35,179 bases of DNA from Dehalococcoidia bacterium (GTDB lineage: Bacteria > Chloroflexota > Dehalococcoidia > DSTF01 > JALHUB01): the NCBI GenBank assembly GCA_049511815.1, contig JBEKXP010000001.1, positions 1 through 35,179 on the forward strand. The letters run 5' to 3'. The notes under the pieces were generated by a model. The model was not told where the DNA came from and did not search any database. It saw only the letters and a program-made list of their open reading frames with translations. Below, piece by piece: positions 1 through 10,196 of this stretch (position 1 is its first letter; every line of letters begins with the position of its first letter). A program made the translations under genes and the position numbers.

Positions 1-110
1 GCGTCCAGAGGCGCTCCCGTCGCTTCCTCGGTCGCCTTAGACATCATCTGCTTCGTCGTCGGCGGCTGCCACCAGTCGAACCGGCCGCCAAGGAATGCGG
101 CGCGGTTCAT
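1..110 (-). CDS. Partial hypothetical protein (N-terminus only, runs off the window)
   Basis: ATG at 110 preceded by GAGGGAGG RBS; open frame MNRAAFLGGRFDWWQPPTTKQMMSKATEE... to the window edge; not in the ORF track. Confidence 0.55.
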   Translation of the reverse strand, partial: MNRAAFLGGRFDWWQPPTTKQMMSKATEEATGAPLD

Positions 111-259
111 GTTAAGCCTCCCTCAGTTTAGGCGGCCGGATGCCAGAGAGCCGCAATCCGTGTTCCCGTTCCTTTCTGCCCGCACGCCGTTAACGCCAGC
201 GAATCCAGCATGGCACCCATCGAACCGATGCGCCGGCCCCGTCCCATTTCTCCGGCCTT

Positions 260-2617
260 CTATTTCGCAAAGAAACTGCCGACCCAATCGGACCGCAGCG
301 GCGCCTGGCCCTGCGCCAGCATGGTCCGCCACGCCTCGTCGGTGAGACGCGAGGAGAGCGGCTGTTTGAACTCGTAGTAGCTCATGACCGGGCCGACGCC
401 GGCGACGATCTGGCCGTCGGGCAGCTTGTAGGCGACGACCATCAGGTCGACGTTGCCCGTGCCTTCTTCAAGGACCTGCTGCGGCTGGCTGCCGTCCGTC
501 AGCACGTCGGCGACGAGCGTTGTTTTCACGACGTCGGGATCGAAGAAGACAGATATGGCCCGCTGAAAGTCGGTGATGAAGTCGTAGTCATCCTGAGTCA
601 GCTCTTCGCCGGCCAGCTCTTTCTGAGATATTGTCACCAGCGAGGTGAGCGGGTACTCCAGGCTGGTCAACTCGAAGGTCGTCGCGTCCTCGGGCATCGC
701 GTTGAGAGCCTTCAAACCGTCCTGGACCATTTGAAGGTTGGCCTGCATGCGCGCGTAGACGTCGACCGCCGGCTCGACATAGCCGCGCAGAGGCGGTGGC
801 GGCGGCGGCCCTCCTCCCGTGCCGCCCGGCACCATGACCTGCTTGGCGTACAGGATGGTGTCGTGGCGGAGCTCCGTCCAGGAGGCCAGTGCCGATTGCA
901 GCTCGCGGTCCTGCCAGGCGGGCGTTTGCATGAACGTCGGCAGGCCCGCGACCGGCGACTGGAGCAGCGGCGGCAGCATGTACAGCCACGCCCAGTACAG
1001 GTTCTTCGTCCAGCCCGAAGGCGTCACCTGCGCGAACTGCTGCTTTTGCTTCGCGAGGGCCGCATCGTAGCTGGTCGCGCCGCTGCCGTACTGAGTGTCG
1101 CCCTCCGCCGCCAGGATGTCGTGGGCGCGCTGGGAGCCGAGCACGGCCATGACGTCGAGGCCGCGGGCGAAGGTGCGGCCCTGCCCGGCGCCGGTCCCCT
1201 TCAGCGTGAACGGCTGTCCGCTTCCCGTGTAGAGGCCGACGGATGGGAAGACGAGGCTTTGCTGGATCTGCGCGTCGGGGACGAAGCGCTGGCCCATGAA
1301 GCGCATGCCCTTGCCGTTGTCGAGACACTGGTAGAGGCTGTCTTGACTGACGGGCGGCGCGACGGTGCACTCGCCGGTGCCGCCGTTGATCTGCGGATTA
1401 GGCAGGCTTGCCAGCTCCGCCTTGAGGTCGAGCAGCCTGCTGTCGTCGGCCAGCGCGGACGCGTCGAAGTTAGCACCGAAAACCTTGCGAATGGCGTCGA
1501 GGTACTGGTATGGGGTCAAGTCGTCTGCGGCGCCGACGAAGAACGACGTGATGGCGTACATGCGCGACCAGGCGTCCTCCGCTGTTCCCATCCCGACCTT
1601 CACGCTCGGCATCTCGGCCGCGATGAGCGCCGCCTGGATCGTCGCCGTCTTCGCGTCGGCCTCCGTCACAAACGGGGCGCCGGACTGCGAGCAGGCCGTT
1701 TCGTCGCCGCCCTTGAGGAAGAAGGCGTTCGTGCCGTACCACATCATCGCCTTGAAGTAGCGACGCAGTACATCGCTCGAGGTGTAGTAACCGCGCGGCT
1801 GGTACTGCGAGTAGTCCTCGCAGTAGGAGCAAGCGCCGGGGCAGGAGCCGCCGGACGAATCGAAGATCCGGCTTTTCTCGAAGCCCTCCATCTTGTTGAT
1901 TGCGTCGATTTCGGCCGCGACGTCGTCGGCGACGTAATCGGGGATGGTGAAGTCGATCTTGGGGTTCGGCAGCGAGTCGCCGAAGGAATCGGTCGTCTCG
2001 TCGGGCCCTTGCGTCGGCGTTTGCAGCAACTCGAGGGCGACGCCGAAGTAGGCGACGTTGCGCCGGGCCGCCTCCTTCGTCTCGTCGTCCGAGGCGCGGG
2101 CGTAGTCATCCACCGCCTTGTCAAACATCGCGTTCGTCAGCTCGTTAAGCGTGCCGACGAGCTCGTTTTGCTCGATCGACTTCAGGACCGAGGCGAAGGC
2201 GACGTGGTAGAGATGCAGCATCGTGTCGGCGGTGACGAAGTTGGGGACGCCGGCGTCTTTCATGTTGCCGTAGGAGGCCATGATATCGTCGCCCTGGCCG
2301 GGCACGACGACGAAGCCGTTCTTCTGGAGCAGCGCCTCCTGGCCCGCGGTGAGGTGCAGCGTCGATTCGATGTCCTTCAGGTTGACGACGCTAGACAGGT
2401 CGAGGGGCAGCGAGTACTGGGGGGCCGCCGGCACGACCGGCTGGCTGTCTAGCTTGTAGTAGGCAGCGAAGTCCGCGCTCGAAGCCTGTGCGGCATCCGG
2501 CGGAATCGAAAGGGTGAGCGGCGGCAACGTTGGTGTTGGCGGTGCCTTCGGCCGGCTGCTTCCGCCGCAGGCGGCCAGGGCGACCGCAAGTGTCGCGAGG
2601 AACAGAAGTCGTCTCAT
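260..2617 (-). CDS. DUF3160 family lipoprotein
   Basis: Lipobox LAAC after a hydrophobic signal; motifs EDYSQYQPRGYYT, YFKAMMWYG, WTELRHDTILYAKQ, GPVMSYYEF typical of DUF3160; GAGGAGG RBS. Confidence 0.85.
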   Translation of the reverse strand: MRRLLFLATLAVALAACGGSSRPKAPPTPTLPPLTLSIPPDAAQASSADFAAYYKLDSQPVVPAAPQYSLPLDLSSVVNLKDIESTLHLTAGQEALLQKNGFVVVPGQGDDIMASYGNMKDAGVPNFVTADTMLHLYHVAFASVLKSIEQNELVGTLNELTNAMFDKAVDDYARASDDETKEAARRNVAYFGVALELLQTPTQGPDETTDSFGDSLPNPKIDFTIPDYVADDVAAEIDAINKMEGFEKSRIFDSSGGSCPGACSYCEDYSQYQPRGYYTSSDVLRRYFKAMMWYGTNAFFLKGGDETACSQSGAPFVTEADAKTATIQAALIAAEMPSVKVGMGTAEDAWSRMYAITSFFVGAADDLTPYQYLDAIRKVFGANFDASALADDSRLLDLKAELASLPNPQINGGTGECTVAPPVSQDSLYQCLDNGKGMRFMGQRFVPDAQIQQSLVFPSVGLYTGSGQPFTLKGTGAGQGRTFARGLDVMAVLGSQRAHDILAAEGDTQYGSGATSYDAALAKQKQQFAQVTPSGWTKNLYWAWLYMLPPLLQSPVAGLPTFMQTPAWQDRELQSALASWTELRHDTILYAKQVMVPGGTGGGPPPPPPLRGYVEPAVDVYARMQANLQMVQDGLKALNAMPEDATTFELTSLEYPLTSLVTISQKELAGEELTQDDYDFITDFQRAISVFFDPDVVKTTLVADVLTDGSQPQQVLEEGTGNVDLMVVAYKLPDGQIVAGVGPVMSYYEFKQPLSSRLTDEAWRTMLAQGQAPLRSDWVGSFFAK

Positions 2618-2793
2618 CGTCTACCTCCTCGGGCCATCCACAAATCGGCGCCGCGTGGCTCGCGGCCTGGTGGAAGGCCTCTGAAGGCAGCTTAGATTGC
2701 GACGACGGCGCAAGCTTGACGCTTCCCCGTCGGTTTGCCTGCGCTTTCCCTACGCTCTGGAATCTGTCAGCCGAAGAACCTCCGGCCGAGATC

Positions 2794-4323
2794 TTATTTG
2801 ACGGCCGCCTCCTCCTTGACGCGACGCCGGGTAGTCTTCTTGGCCAGCGCATCACGGTCGCCGCCGCTCATGCCGGCGATGAACCGTACCAGCAACTTCC
2901 GCGCCTCGACGTCGTACTGCGTGGTGATGGCGATCTGCTCCATAATCGGCGAGCCGCCACCGTGGTAGGAGCCGATGTTGTGGATCCCGCCCGCTGCCGA
3001 GCAGAGTCCATCGCCCAGGAAGCGCCAGAGTTGCGCCTGGTCCTCGACGTCGGCCTTGGGGCTGCGCCTGGTGTACTTGCGGAGGAGGTCCCCGGTCTCC
3101 GGGTTCGCAAAGTCCCTCTCGTAGGGGAACGTTGCCGTGACGCCGCCGGAGATGTCGCAGAGGATCTCGGCCTCGCGGTAGACCGCCTCACCGGTGAGAC
3201 AGCGGCCGACGTTGCAGTAGATGGAGTTGGGGATGTAGGAGCCGGGGCCGTAAGGCATGAAGCCGACGCCGGGGATGTAGACCTCCGGCTTGCCGAGGTC
3301 CGAAGCCGTGTAGCCGGCGGCGTAGCCCAGCTCCGTGGTCATGATGATCTCCGCAAGCTTCTCCCGCACGTGCGGCGCCTTCTGGATGTTGTTCATTTCG
3401 GCGGCGAGAGCGGCCGAGCCAAGTATCACGTCGCCAATCGCCGGCTTGCAGCCGGAATAGGAGTGTCGGTGGAACAGGGCGAAGAGAAGCGCCAGGACTC
3501 CACCGTGCTGCCATTCGCCGGCCAGGAAGACGCGTTCCCAGGGAACGAAGCAGTTGTCGAAGATCACGTAGGAGTCGGTCGAGCCCGGCATGAAGCCACG
3601 CTTGTAGAACTCCCTCTCTCGGAGGCTGTGGATCGTGACCACCTGCTTCACGCCTTCCCAATCAGCGGGAACCGCGAAGGCGACGGCGTAGTCCTTGTCC
3701 TCTTCGCGCAGGGCCCGCGTGGGGACCACCAGTATCTCGTCGGCAACCGAGGCTTCGGAGATGTGGAGCTTGCAACCGCTGACGACGATGCCGTCCGGCC
3801 GGCGCTCCGTGATGTGGACGTAGACGTCGGGGTCGGGCTGGTCGGCCGGGCGGAGCAGGCGGTCGCCCTTCACGTCGGTCTGGGCGCAGCAGCCGACGAG
3901 GTCTTCCGTCTGGAAGCGGGCGAGCCAGCGCTTGAAGTTCTCGTGGTACTGGGTGGCGCCGTTGTTCGACCTATCGGCTTCATAGGAGACGTTGTAGATC
4001 GCGTTTGTGGCGTCGATGCCCATGCAGCGCTGGATACAGCCGCCGACCTTCTGGCAGAGCATACGGGTCATGTCTTGCTTCCTGTGAAGGTCTTCGGTGT
4101 TCTGGTGAATGTGGGTGAAGCGGTTGATCCGCTCTCCAGTGAGATGGGAGATGGCGGTGCAAAGATCCTCGTTCTCGGGCTTCGCTGCTTCGTCGAAGGT
4201 GGTCCCGATGGTGTTGAGGCAGTCCATCTGCCGCTCGTCGGTGCGGTCGATGAGCTCGCCGTTGTAGTAGATGTTCCGCCGCATCCCGTTCAGCCCCTTG
4301 ATGTACTCCTCTTTGGTTCTCAT
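2794..4323 (-). CDS. abfD: 4-hydroxybutyryl-CoA dehydratase-like protein (AbfD/HpaB family, FAD + [4Fe-4S])
   Basis: CIQRCMGID and HRHSYSGCKP match the Cys/Cys/His/Cys cluster ligands of AbfD; TDVKGDR motif; start moved to ATG 4323 behind AAAGGAGG. Confidence 0.75.
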   Translation of the reverse strand: MRTKEEYIKGLNGMRRNIYYNGELIDRTDERQMDCLNTIGTTFDEAAKPENEDLCTAISHLTGERINRFTHIHQNTEDLHRKQDMTRMLCQKVGGCIQRCMGIDATNAIYNVSYEADRSNNGATQYHENFKRWLARFQTEDLVGCCAQTDVKGDRLLRPADQPDPDVYVHITERRPDGIVVSGCKLHISEASVADEILVVPTRALREEDKDYAVAFAVPADWEGVKQVVTIHSLREREFYKRGFMPGSTDSYVIFDNCFVPWERVFLAGEWQHGGVLALLFALFHRHSYSGCKPAIGDVILGSAALAAEMNNIQKAPHVREKLAEIIMTTELGYAAGYTASDLGKPEVYIPGVGFMPYGPGSYIPNSIYCNVGRCLTGEAVYREAEILCDISGGVTATFPYERDFANPETGDLLRKYTRRSPKADVEDQAQLWRFLGDGLCSAAGGIHNIGSYHGGGSPIMEQIAITTQYDVEARKLLVRFIAGMSGGDRDALAKKTTRRRVKEEAAVK

Positions 4324-4763
4324 TTCTTCCTCCTTTGAATACATTCATTCTACCTCTGCTTCGCGCTGAGAACCAGTTCCTGCTTCTATATCCAAGAGTG
4401 GATGGCAACCACTTCTATCGATAGATATGGAGCAGCCTAATCGTTGCCGACTACTTGGGATAGACGGCAGTGCGCAAGACCAAGGCCGGGACGTCTTTCG
4501 CTCGGCTGACGCGACACTAAGGCGACTGCCAACCGGCATGGGGGCCGGTCAGAGACTAAATCGGGAAGAACGCCGATTTCTCGCCTGATTGGCCGGACAT
4601 AGACTAAACGACGGTGGGAATCTTCAGCATCTGATGGCGGGAAAGCAACTTATTCGCTTCGTTCGTCAGCCTATACCCGGGGAAATCGAAGGAGCCGTTT
4701 CCCTCCGCTCATGCTGACCGCATGCCCTAACCGGGCAATCTGACCGGGAAGGAGGTAACAAAA

Positions 4764-4979
4764 GTGGCAGTAGAGAAGGCAATCGGTTCATCCAGCCTGG
4801 TCGAAGTGGTCGACCGCATCCTGGACAAGGGCATCGTCATAGATGCCTGGGTGAGGGTCTCCCTCGTCGGCATCGAGCTCCTTGCTATCGAGGCAAGGGC
4901 CGTCGCCGCTGGGGTCGACACTTTCCTGAAGTACGCCGAAGCCATTGGGCTGACGCCGCTGGCTGCGCCCCCGGCCTAG
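4764..4979 (+). CDS. gvpA: Major gas vesicle structural protein GvpA
   Basis: [37 protein letters not shown]...[10 protein letters not shown]; GTG start with AAGGAGGT RBS. Confidence 0.97.
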   Translation: MAVEKAIGSSSLVEVVDRILDKGIVIDAWVRVSLVGIELLAIEARAVAAGVDTFLKYAEAIGLTPLAAPPA

Positions 4980-5008
4980 GCGCACTCGTCGCCTCGCGGA
5001 GAAGAGAT

Positions 5009-5090
5009 GGTGCTGAGGTCGGGGCCCGTCCAGTCTATCTCCAGGCTCCTACACCCAAGGTAAGAACACGGACGAGCCCTGACCAGCACC
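5009..5090 (+). terminator. Long intergenic stem-loop after gvpA (attenuator or mRNA stabiliser)
   Basis: GGTGCTGAGGTCGGGGCCCGTCC (5009-5031) pairs imperfectly with GGACGAGCCCTGACCAGCACC (5070-5090); no U-tract follows. Confidence 0.6.
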
Positions 5091-5144
5091 GCAAAATGTA
5101 CCCGCGCTGCCACCGGCAGTCAAGGGAATGGAAAGGAGAAAACG

Positions 5145-5852
5145 ATGCCTACTGCAGCGGATATGGCACAGCTAGGCACTGAGATCGTGGCCGGACACCT
5201 CGCGCGCCAGCGGGAGATCAGAGCGCTGCGCTCGACCGTCCGGGCCGAGAAGAAGCGAAACGCCAGAGATATGCGGGCCGTCCATCGCGCGAACCAGACC
5301 CATGCCGCGCGGACCGTACGCGGCCTGAAGGCGGTCCACGACCAGATGGCGCGCGATTTCCAGGGTCTCGACGAAGCGCGCCGCGACTGGGCCCGTGAGC
5401 ACGCAGACGCAACCGGCCACCGTCTGGGCGAGTTCCAGGAGATGGATCGGATGCGCGGTGGGTGGGCCCGCGAGCACGCGGCCGACACCGGTCATGCGCT
5501 CCGGACGTTCCACGGCACGATAACGCGGGAGTTCCAGCGCCTCGACAGGGCGCGCCGGAGCTGGGCGCGACGCCACGTCGCAAACACGGCCCGCTTCGTC
5601 GCCCGCCTGCAGCACGCCGGCGAACGACGCCGGACTGAGGTGAACAGAGGCAAGGCGGCGGTCGCTCACATGATGGCTGATCTCGGCCGGCAGGATGCCG
5701 CCCGCCGGAGGGCGACGCAGCAGGTCGCCGCCGACGTGCAAACGCAGATGGCGGCAGTCGCCGGCGACCTCAGGGGCGCCCACAACGAGTGGCAACGTCT
5801 CCGGAAGACGTCGACGGCCGCTACGCTCGCTTTCGCCCAGTCGACCCGCTGA
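5145..5852 (+). CDS. gvpC: GvpC-like repeat-containing helical gas vesicle strengthening protein
   Basis: Position between gvpA and gvpN; Arg/Ala-rich helical sequence with repeats (FQxLDxxRxxWAREHAxxT) spaced 33/25/33 aa; AAGGAG RBS. Confidence 0.75.
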   Translation: MPTAADMAQLGTEIVAGHLARQREIRALRSTVRAEKKRNARDMRAVHRANQTHAARTVRGLKAVHDQMARDFQGLDEARRDWAREHADATGHRLGEFQEMDRMRGGWAREHAADTGHALRTFHGTITREFQRLDRARRSWARRHVANTARFVARLQHAGERRRTEVNRGKAAVAHMMADLGRQDAARRRATQQVAADVQTQMAAVAGDLRGAHNEWQRLRKTSTAATLAFAQSTR

Positions 5853-5934
5853 CGATTCGGCGGCACCGGGAGTTAGCCGGCCGAGGCCGACGGCAATAGA
5901 AATAGACGGCTATTGAAGACAGGAGGGACCCAGC

Positions 5935-6927
5935 ATGACGGCGCTGAGGGACGACGCGCTGGCCTCGATTCGCGCGCAGGACGACGGTAACGGTTCAACC
6001 GATCAGGACGAGATGCAGGAGGCGCTCACGAGCATGCGGGAATCGCTCGCTGCGCGGCCGCGGTTCGTGGAGACGCTGCCGCTGAAGGGCATTGTCGAAC
6101 GCGCCCTGGCATACGCGGAGAGCGGCCTGACGTTGCACTTCCGCGGGCCGACCGGCTCCGGCAAGACGACGCTGGCCATCCACGTGGCGGAGCAGATCGG
6201 GCGGCCGCTGATGCTCATCGGCGGCGACGATGAGTTCTCCACCTCGGACCTCGTCGGCGGGCAGCACGGCTATACTCGCCGGCGCACCATCGACAACTAC
6301 ATTCACTCCGTGATGAAGACCGAGGACCGGGTGGACTACACCTGGACGGACGCCCGTCTGACGGTGGCCTGCCAGGAAGGCTACACGCTTATCTACGACG
6401 AGTTCAACCGCTCGCGCCCCGAGGCCAACAACGTCCTGCTGCCGGTGCTCGAGGAGAAGATCCTTATCCTGCCTAGCCTGAAGACGAAAAAGGGCTACGT
6501 GCGCGTGCACCCGCAGTTCAGGGCGATCTTCACGAGCAACCCGAAGGAGTACTCGGGCGTGCACTCCAGCCAGGACGCTCTCCTCGACCGGATGATCACG
6601 ATGGACCTCGGCCATTTCGACGAGCAAACGGAGATCGCGATCACCCAGGCGCACACGGGCCTGACGCGGAAGCGCGCACAGACCATCGTCGCGCTGGTCC
6701 GACGGGTCCGGCAGGCTACGAACGGCTCCTGCGACCCGACAATCAGGAGCTGCATCATGATCGGGAAGATCATGGCCAATCAGAACAAGAACGGGAACGG
6801 CGGCGGCCTGGCCTACGAGCAGGTCTGCGTCGACGTGCTGACGCGCACGTTGAGCGCCGCCGGCCGCGGCGACGAGGAGAAGACGCGAAGCCTGACGGAA
6901 CTCGTCGCCAGGAGCCGCTGGAACTGA
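5935..6927 (+). CDS. gvpN: Gas vesicle AAA+ ATPase GvpN
   Basis: Walker A GPTGSGKTT, IDNYIHSVMK, LIYDEFNRSRPEANNVLL, TSNPKEYSGVHSSQDALLDR. Confidence 0.95.
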   Translation: MTALRDDALASIRAQDDGNGSTDQDEMQEALTSMRESLAARPRFVETLPLKGIVERALAYAESGLTLHFRGPTGSGKTTLAIHVAEQIGRPLMLIGGDDEFSTSDLVGGQHGYTRRRTIDNYIHSVMKTEDRVDYTWTDARLTVACQEGYTLIYDEFNRSRPEANNVLLPVLEEKILILPSLKTKKGYVRVHPQFRAIFTSNPKEYSGVHSSQDALLDRMITMDLGHFDEQTEIAITQAHTGLTRKRAQTIVALVRRVRQATNGSCDPTIRSCIMIGKIMANQNKNGNGGGLAYEQVCVDVLTRTLSAAGRGDEEKTRSLTELVARSRWN

Positions 6928-6964
6928 GACGGCCCGCCTCGAACCGGAGACTGGAGGAACGACG

Positions 6965-7312
6965 ATGACAGCGAAGGGAAGCACAGGCGCCGGCCACGCG
7001 CTGAGATCGGTGCCCGGCAGGACGGTCGAGCACTGCCGCGCGATGCACGACGTGCGTCACCAGAGCTCCGTCTCCCATCTGACCGGCGGAGCCAACCTCT
7101 ACGGGCAGCTCGACCAGCTAGCCCAGGAGCAGGTGAGGCTGCAGAGACGGCTCGCCATCTGGGTGGCGCAGAAGGAGCGGACGGAAGCTCAGATCGCGGA
7201 GCTGGAGCGGGCAAGGGACCGGCTGCTCGCCGCGCTGGAGCCGGTCATTCGTAGTGAGGTGAGAGAGGCCGAAGCGGCAGCGCTTTCGGCGCGACGAAAG
7301 AGCGTCGCCTGA
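6965..7312 (+). CDS. Small coiled-coil gas vesicle accessory protein (GvpV-like by position)
   Basis: GGAGG RBS; heptad segment LDQLAQEQVRLQRRL...IAELERAR; directly after gvpN. Confidence 0.55.
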   Translation: MTAKGSTGAGHALRSVPGRTVEHCRAMHDVRHQSSVSHLTGGANLYGQLDQLAQEQVRLQRRLAIWVAQKERTEAQIAELERARDRLLAALEPVIRSEVREAEAAALSARRKSVA

Positions 7313-7348
7313 GCGAAGCTTATTCGCACAAGACAAAGGGGTGAGGCT

Positions 7349-7963
7349 ATGCCGAACAGGAGACGAGTGGCACCAGGGAACGAAGCCCGGTCAGGTGGCG
7401 ACATCCGCCTGGGCGGCCTGTTCAAGGGCCTCGGCGATTTCGTTGACCTGCTCGCCGACCTGGCGGCGAAGGGCGAAACGCTTCGCAACGGCAGCGGCGA
7501 GATCGAAGGTCTACCCAGGGGAATGAAGGGCGTGTACGGCTTCAGCGTTCGCACGGGTCTGGGCGGCGTCCCTCAAGTGCACAAGTTCGGCAACGTGCAC
7601 GCCACTGATAGAGGACCGGTCGTCGACGACGTGCGCGAGCCGATGGTGGACGTGTTCGACGAGGAGGACGTGATTATCGTGCTGGCGGAAATGCCGGGCG
7701 TCGGGCGGGCGGACGTCGAAATCGAGATCAACGGCGACGTGCTCTCCATCGCGACCGCCGCAGGCGCTCCCCGAAAGTACGCGGCAGAGGTGCTCCTGCC
7801 GGCGCCGGTCCAATCGGACGGGATGAAGATGGCGCTCAAGAACGGTGTCCTGGAGCTGCGGCTCACCAAGGCGCCGAAGGCGAAGGGAAAACGAGATGCC
7901 ACGCCTCGGAAACGAGGACGCGGCCGAGCGAGAGCGAAGCGGCAGGGCACAAGCTCGCCATAA
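7349..7963 (+). CDS. Hsp20/alpha-crystallin protein (GvpH-like, archaeal-type Hsp20)
   Basis: VYGFSVRTG...FGNV...REPMVDVFDE..IIVLAEMPGV...KNGVLELRL; basic C-terminal tail. Confidence 0.85.
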   Translation: MPNRRRVAPGNEARSGGDIRLGGLFKGLGDFVDLLADLAAKGETLRNGSGEIEGLPRGMKGVYGFSVRTGLGGVPQVHKFGNVHATDRGPVVDDVREPMVDVFDEEDVIIVLAEMPGVGRADVEIEINGDVLSIATAAGAPRKYAAEVLLPAPVQSDGMKMALKNGVLELRLTKAPKAKGKRDATPRKRGRGRARAKRQGTSSP

Positions 7964-7984
7964 CCGGCTAGAAGGTTGCATCGG

Positions 7985-10162
7985 ATGCAGTCGTCGGGGG
8001 AAAAACGGAAGGAACCGAAGCCGGCCCGCAACGGTGGCGGCCGCAGAGAGATCGTCCTGCGCGTCGCCGAAGCGCACATGAAGGACGTCGGCCGCGGCAT
8101 AGCGCGCCTGGACCCGGCGGACCTGGAGCGGATCGGCGCCGAGACCGGCGACCTCCTCGCGATCACCGGCAAGCGGCAAAGCGTCGTCAAGGCGATGCCC
8201 GCCTATCTCTCCGACAGAGGCAAGGGAATCATCCAGATCGATGGCATCGCCCGCGACAACGTGCGCGCGGGCCTCGACGAGAAGCTCACGGTGACGAAGG
8301 CGGCCTGCGAGCCGGCCAGGACAATCGTCGTTGCGCCGCTAAGCCCCGCGCGTCTGCCACCGGGAAGCCAGCACGTCACTTACGTCGCCCGTCTCCTCGA
8401 AGGGCGCGGGCTCGTCGCGGGGGATCGGGTGCGAGTCAATCTCTTCGGCGCCCGCCCGCAGGAGTTCACGGTCGTCGAGACGGCGCCGAAAGGCATCGTC
8501 CTGGTCCAGGCCGGCACGACCGTCCGGATCAGGGGAGAGGAGCACGCGGAGAAGGAGCAGGCCGCGCTCTCCTACGAGGACGTCGGTGGTCTGGGCAAGG
8601 AGATCCACCGCATCCGCGAGATGATCGAGCTTCCGCTCAAGTACCCGGAGGTCTTCCAGCGCCTCGGCATCGACGCGCCGAAAGGGGTGCTGCTGCACGG
8701 ACCGCCCGGCTGCGGCAAGACGCTGATCGCCCGCGCAGTCGCTCACGAGACCTCGGCCCATTTCATCCACGTGGCCGGCCCGGAGGTGATCCACAAGTTC
8801 TACGGCGAGAGCGAAGCGCACCTTCGCACGGTCTTCCAGGACGCCGCCGAACACGCGCCCAGCATCATCTTCCTCGATGAGATCGATGCCATCGCGCCAA
8901 AGCGGGAAGAGGTGCACGGCGAGGTCGAAAAGCGGGTCGTGGCCCAACTCCTCGCGCTCATGGACGGCCTGAAGTCGCGCGGCGAGGTTATCGTCATCGG
9001 CGCTACCAACATACCGAACGCCCTCGACCCCGCGCTGCGCCGTCCCGGCCGCTTCGACCGCGAGATCGCCATCAGCATCCCGGACAAGAACGGCCGGCTG
9101 GAGATCCTGGAGATCCACACGCGCGGCATGCCCCTGGCAGACGACGTGGACCTCGAGCGGCTGGCGCAAATTACTCACGGCTTCGTCGGCGCCGACCTGG
9201 AGGCGCTCTGCCGCGAGGCCGCGATGATAACGCTGCGTCGCATAATGCCGACGATTGATTTCGCGACCGCCAGCATCCCTTACGAGAAGCTGCAGGAGCT
9301 TGAAGTCACGCAGGACTGCTTCCTGGAGGCGCTCCGGGAGATCGAGCCCTCCGCCATTCGAGAGGTCTTCACGGAGATCCCCGACGTCAAGTGGAGCGAC
9401 GTCGGCGGCCTCGACGAAGTGAAGCAGGCGCTGATGGAGACGATCGAGTGGCCGCTCAAATACGGCAAGCTCTTCGAGCACGCCCACGTCGTTCCGGCGA
9501 AGGGAATCCTGCTGCACGGTCCGCCCGGCACCGGCAAGACGCTAATCGCCAAGGCGGTCGCCAGCGAAAGCCAGGTCAACTTCATCGCCGTCAAGGGGCC
9601 GGCGCTGCTCTCGAAGTACGTGGGCGAGAGCGAGAAGGGCGTGCGAGAGGTCTTTCGAAAGGCGAAGCAGGCGGCGCCCTGCATCGTCTTCTTCGACGAG
9701 ATAGACGCGCTTGCGCCCATCCGCAGCGGCTACGACACGACGCACGTGAGCGAGCGCGTGGTCAGCCAGTTGCTCACCGAGATGGACGGCATCGAGGAGA
9801 TGAAGGGCGTTGTCGTCCTTGCCGCTACCAACCGGCCGGACATGGTCGATCCGGCGCTGCTTCGCCCCGGCAGGTTCGACACGTCGATAGAGCTGCCGGC
9901 GCCGGACAAGGCGAGCCGCCTGGCCATCCTTCAGATTCACACGCGAGGCAAGCCACTGGCCGGCGACGTCGACCTGGCGGGCCTGGCGAATCAGACCGAC
10001 GGCCTCGTGGGCGCCGACATCGAGGCGATTTGCCGCCGCGCCGGGATGCTTGCTATTCGGGAGTACCTGGCGAGCAGCCGCGGGGACGACGAGCACGCCG
10101 GCTTCAAGATAGCGGCCCGCCACTTCCAGCAGGCCATGACGCAGGCGCCGGCCATCGCCTGA
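7985..10162 (+). CDS. Cdc48/VCP family double-ring AAA+ ATPase
   Basis: N-domain ([10 protein letters not shown]), two AAA modules with GPPGCGKT and GPPGTGKT, Walker B IIFLDEID and [17 protein letters not shown]; ATG 7985 preferred over TTG 7976. Confidence 0.93.
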   Translation: MQSSGEKRKEPKPARNGGGRREIVLRVAEAHMKDVGRGIARLDPADLERIGAETGDLLAITGKRQSVVKAMPAYLSDRGKGIIQIDGIARDNVRAGLDEKLTVTKAACEPARTIVVAPLSPARLPPGSQHVTYVARLLEGRGLVAGDRVRVNLFGARPQEFTVVETAPKGIVLVQAGTTVRIRGEEHAEKEQAALSYEDVGGLGKEIHRIREMIELPLKYPEVFQRLGIDAPKGVLLHGPPGCGKTLIARAVAHETSAHFIHVAGPEVIHKFYGESEAHLRTVFQDAAEHAPSIIFLDEIDAIAPKREEVHGEVEKRVVAQLLALMDGLKSRGEVIVIGATNIPNALDPALRRPGRFDREIAISIPDKNGRLEILEIHTRGMPLADDVDLERLAQITHGFVGADLEALCREAAMITLRRIMPTIDFATASIPYEKLQELEVTQDCFLEALREIEPSAIREVFTEIPDVKWSDVGGLDEVKQALMETIEWPLKYGKLFEHAHVVPAKGILLHGPPGTGKTLIAKAVASESQVNFIAVKGPALLSKYVGESEKGVREVFRKAKQAAPCIVFFDEIDALAPIRSGYDTTHVSERVVSQLLTEMDGIEEMKGVVVLAATNRPDMVDPALLRPGRFDTSIELPAPDKASRLAILQIHTRGKPLAGDVDLAGLANQTDGLVGADIEAICRRAGMLAIREYLASSRGDDEHAGFKIAARHFQQAMTQAPAIA

Positions 10163-10196
10163 GGACGACGCGGTTAGTCAAGACAGGGGGAGCCAG

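Noticed and set aside
123-215. Possible ZTP (pfl) riboswitch on the minus strand (CTGGCG...GGGAACAC...CCGCCT)
   Set aside because: The closing GGGC of P3 and the GAC before TGGCG are missing, and the downstream gene is unknown
2690-2750. GGCAAACC on the minus strand as a c-di-GMP-I riboswitch
   Set aside because: No GAAA tetraloop stem or GACGCAAAGC core follows
731-4338. Long antisense ORFs (731..2452, 2530..4338, and similar ones such as 28489..30039 and 30374..31972)
   Set aside because: Shadow frames of real high-GC genes with no recognisable motifs
4345-4763. Phosphate control of gas vesicles because the pho locus is adjacent
   Set aside because: No copy of the GTT(T/A)AC array is visible upstream of gvpA; adjacency alone is not evidence
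4649-7327. CTTATTCGC shared at 4649 and 7319 upstream of gvpA and hsp20
   Set aside because: A 9-nt match is too short to distinguish from chance
10100-10162. Cdc48 as a proteasome partner
   Set aside because: The C-terminus APAIA lacks an HbYX motif and no proteasome genes are present
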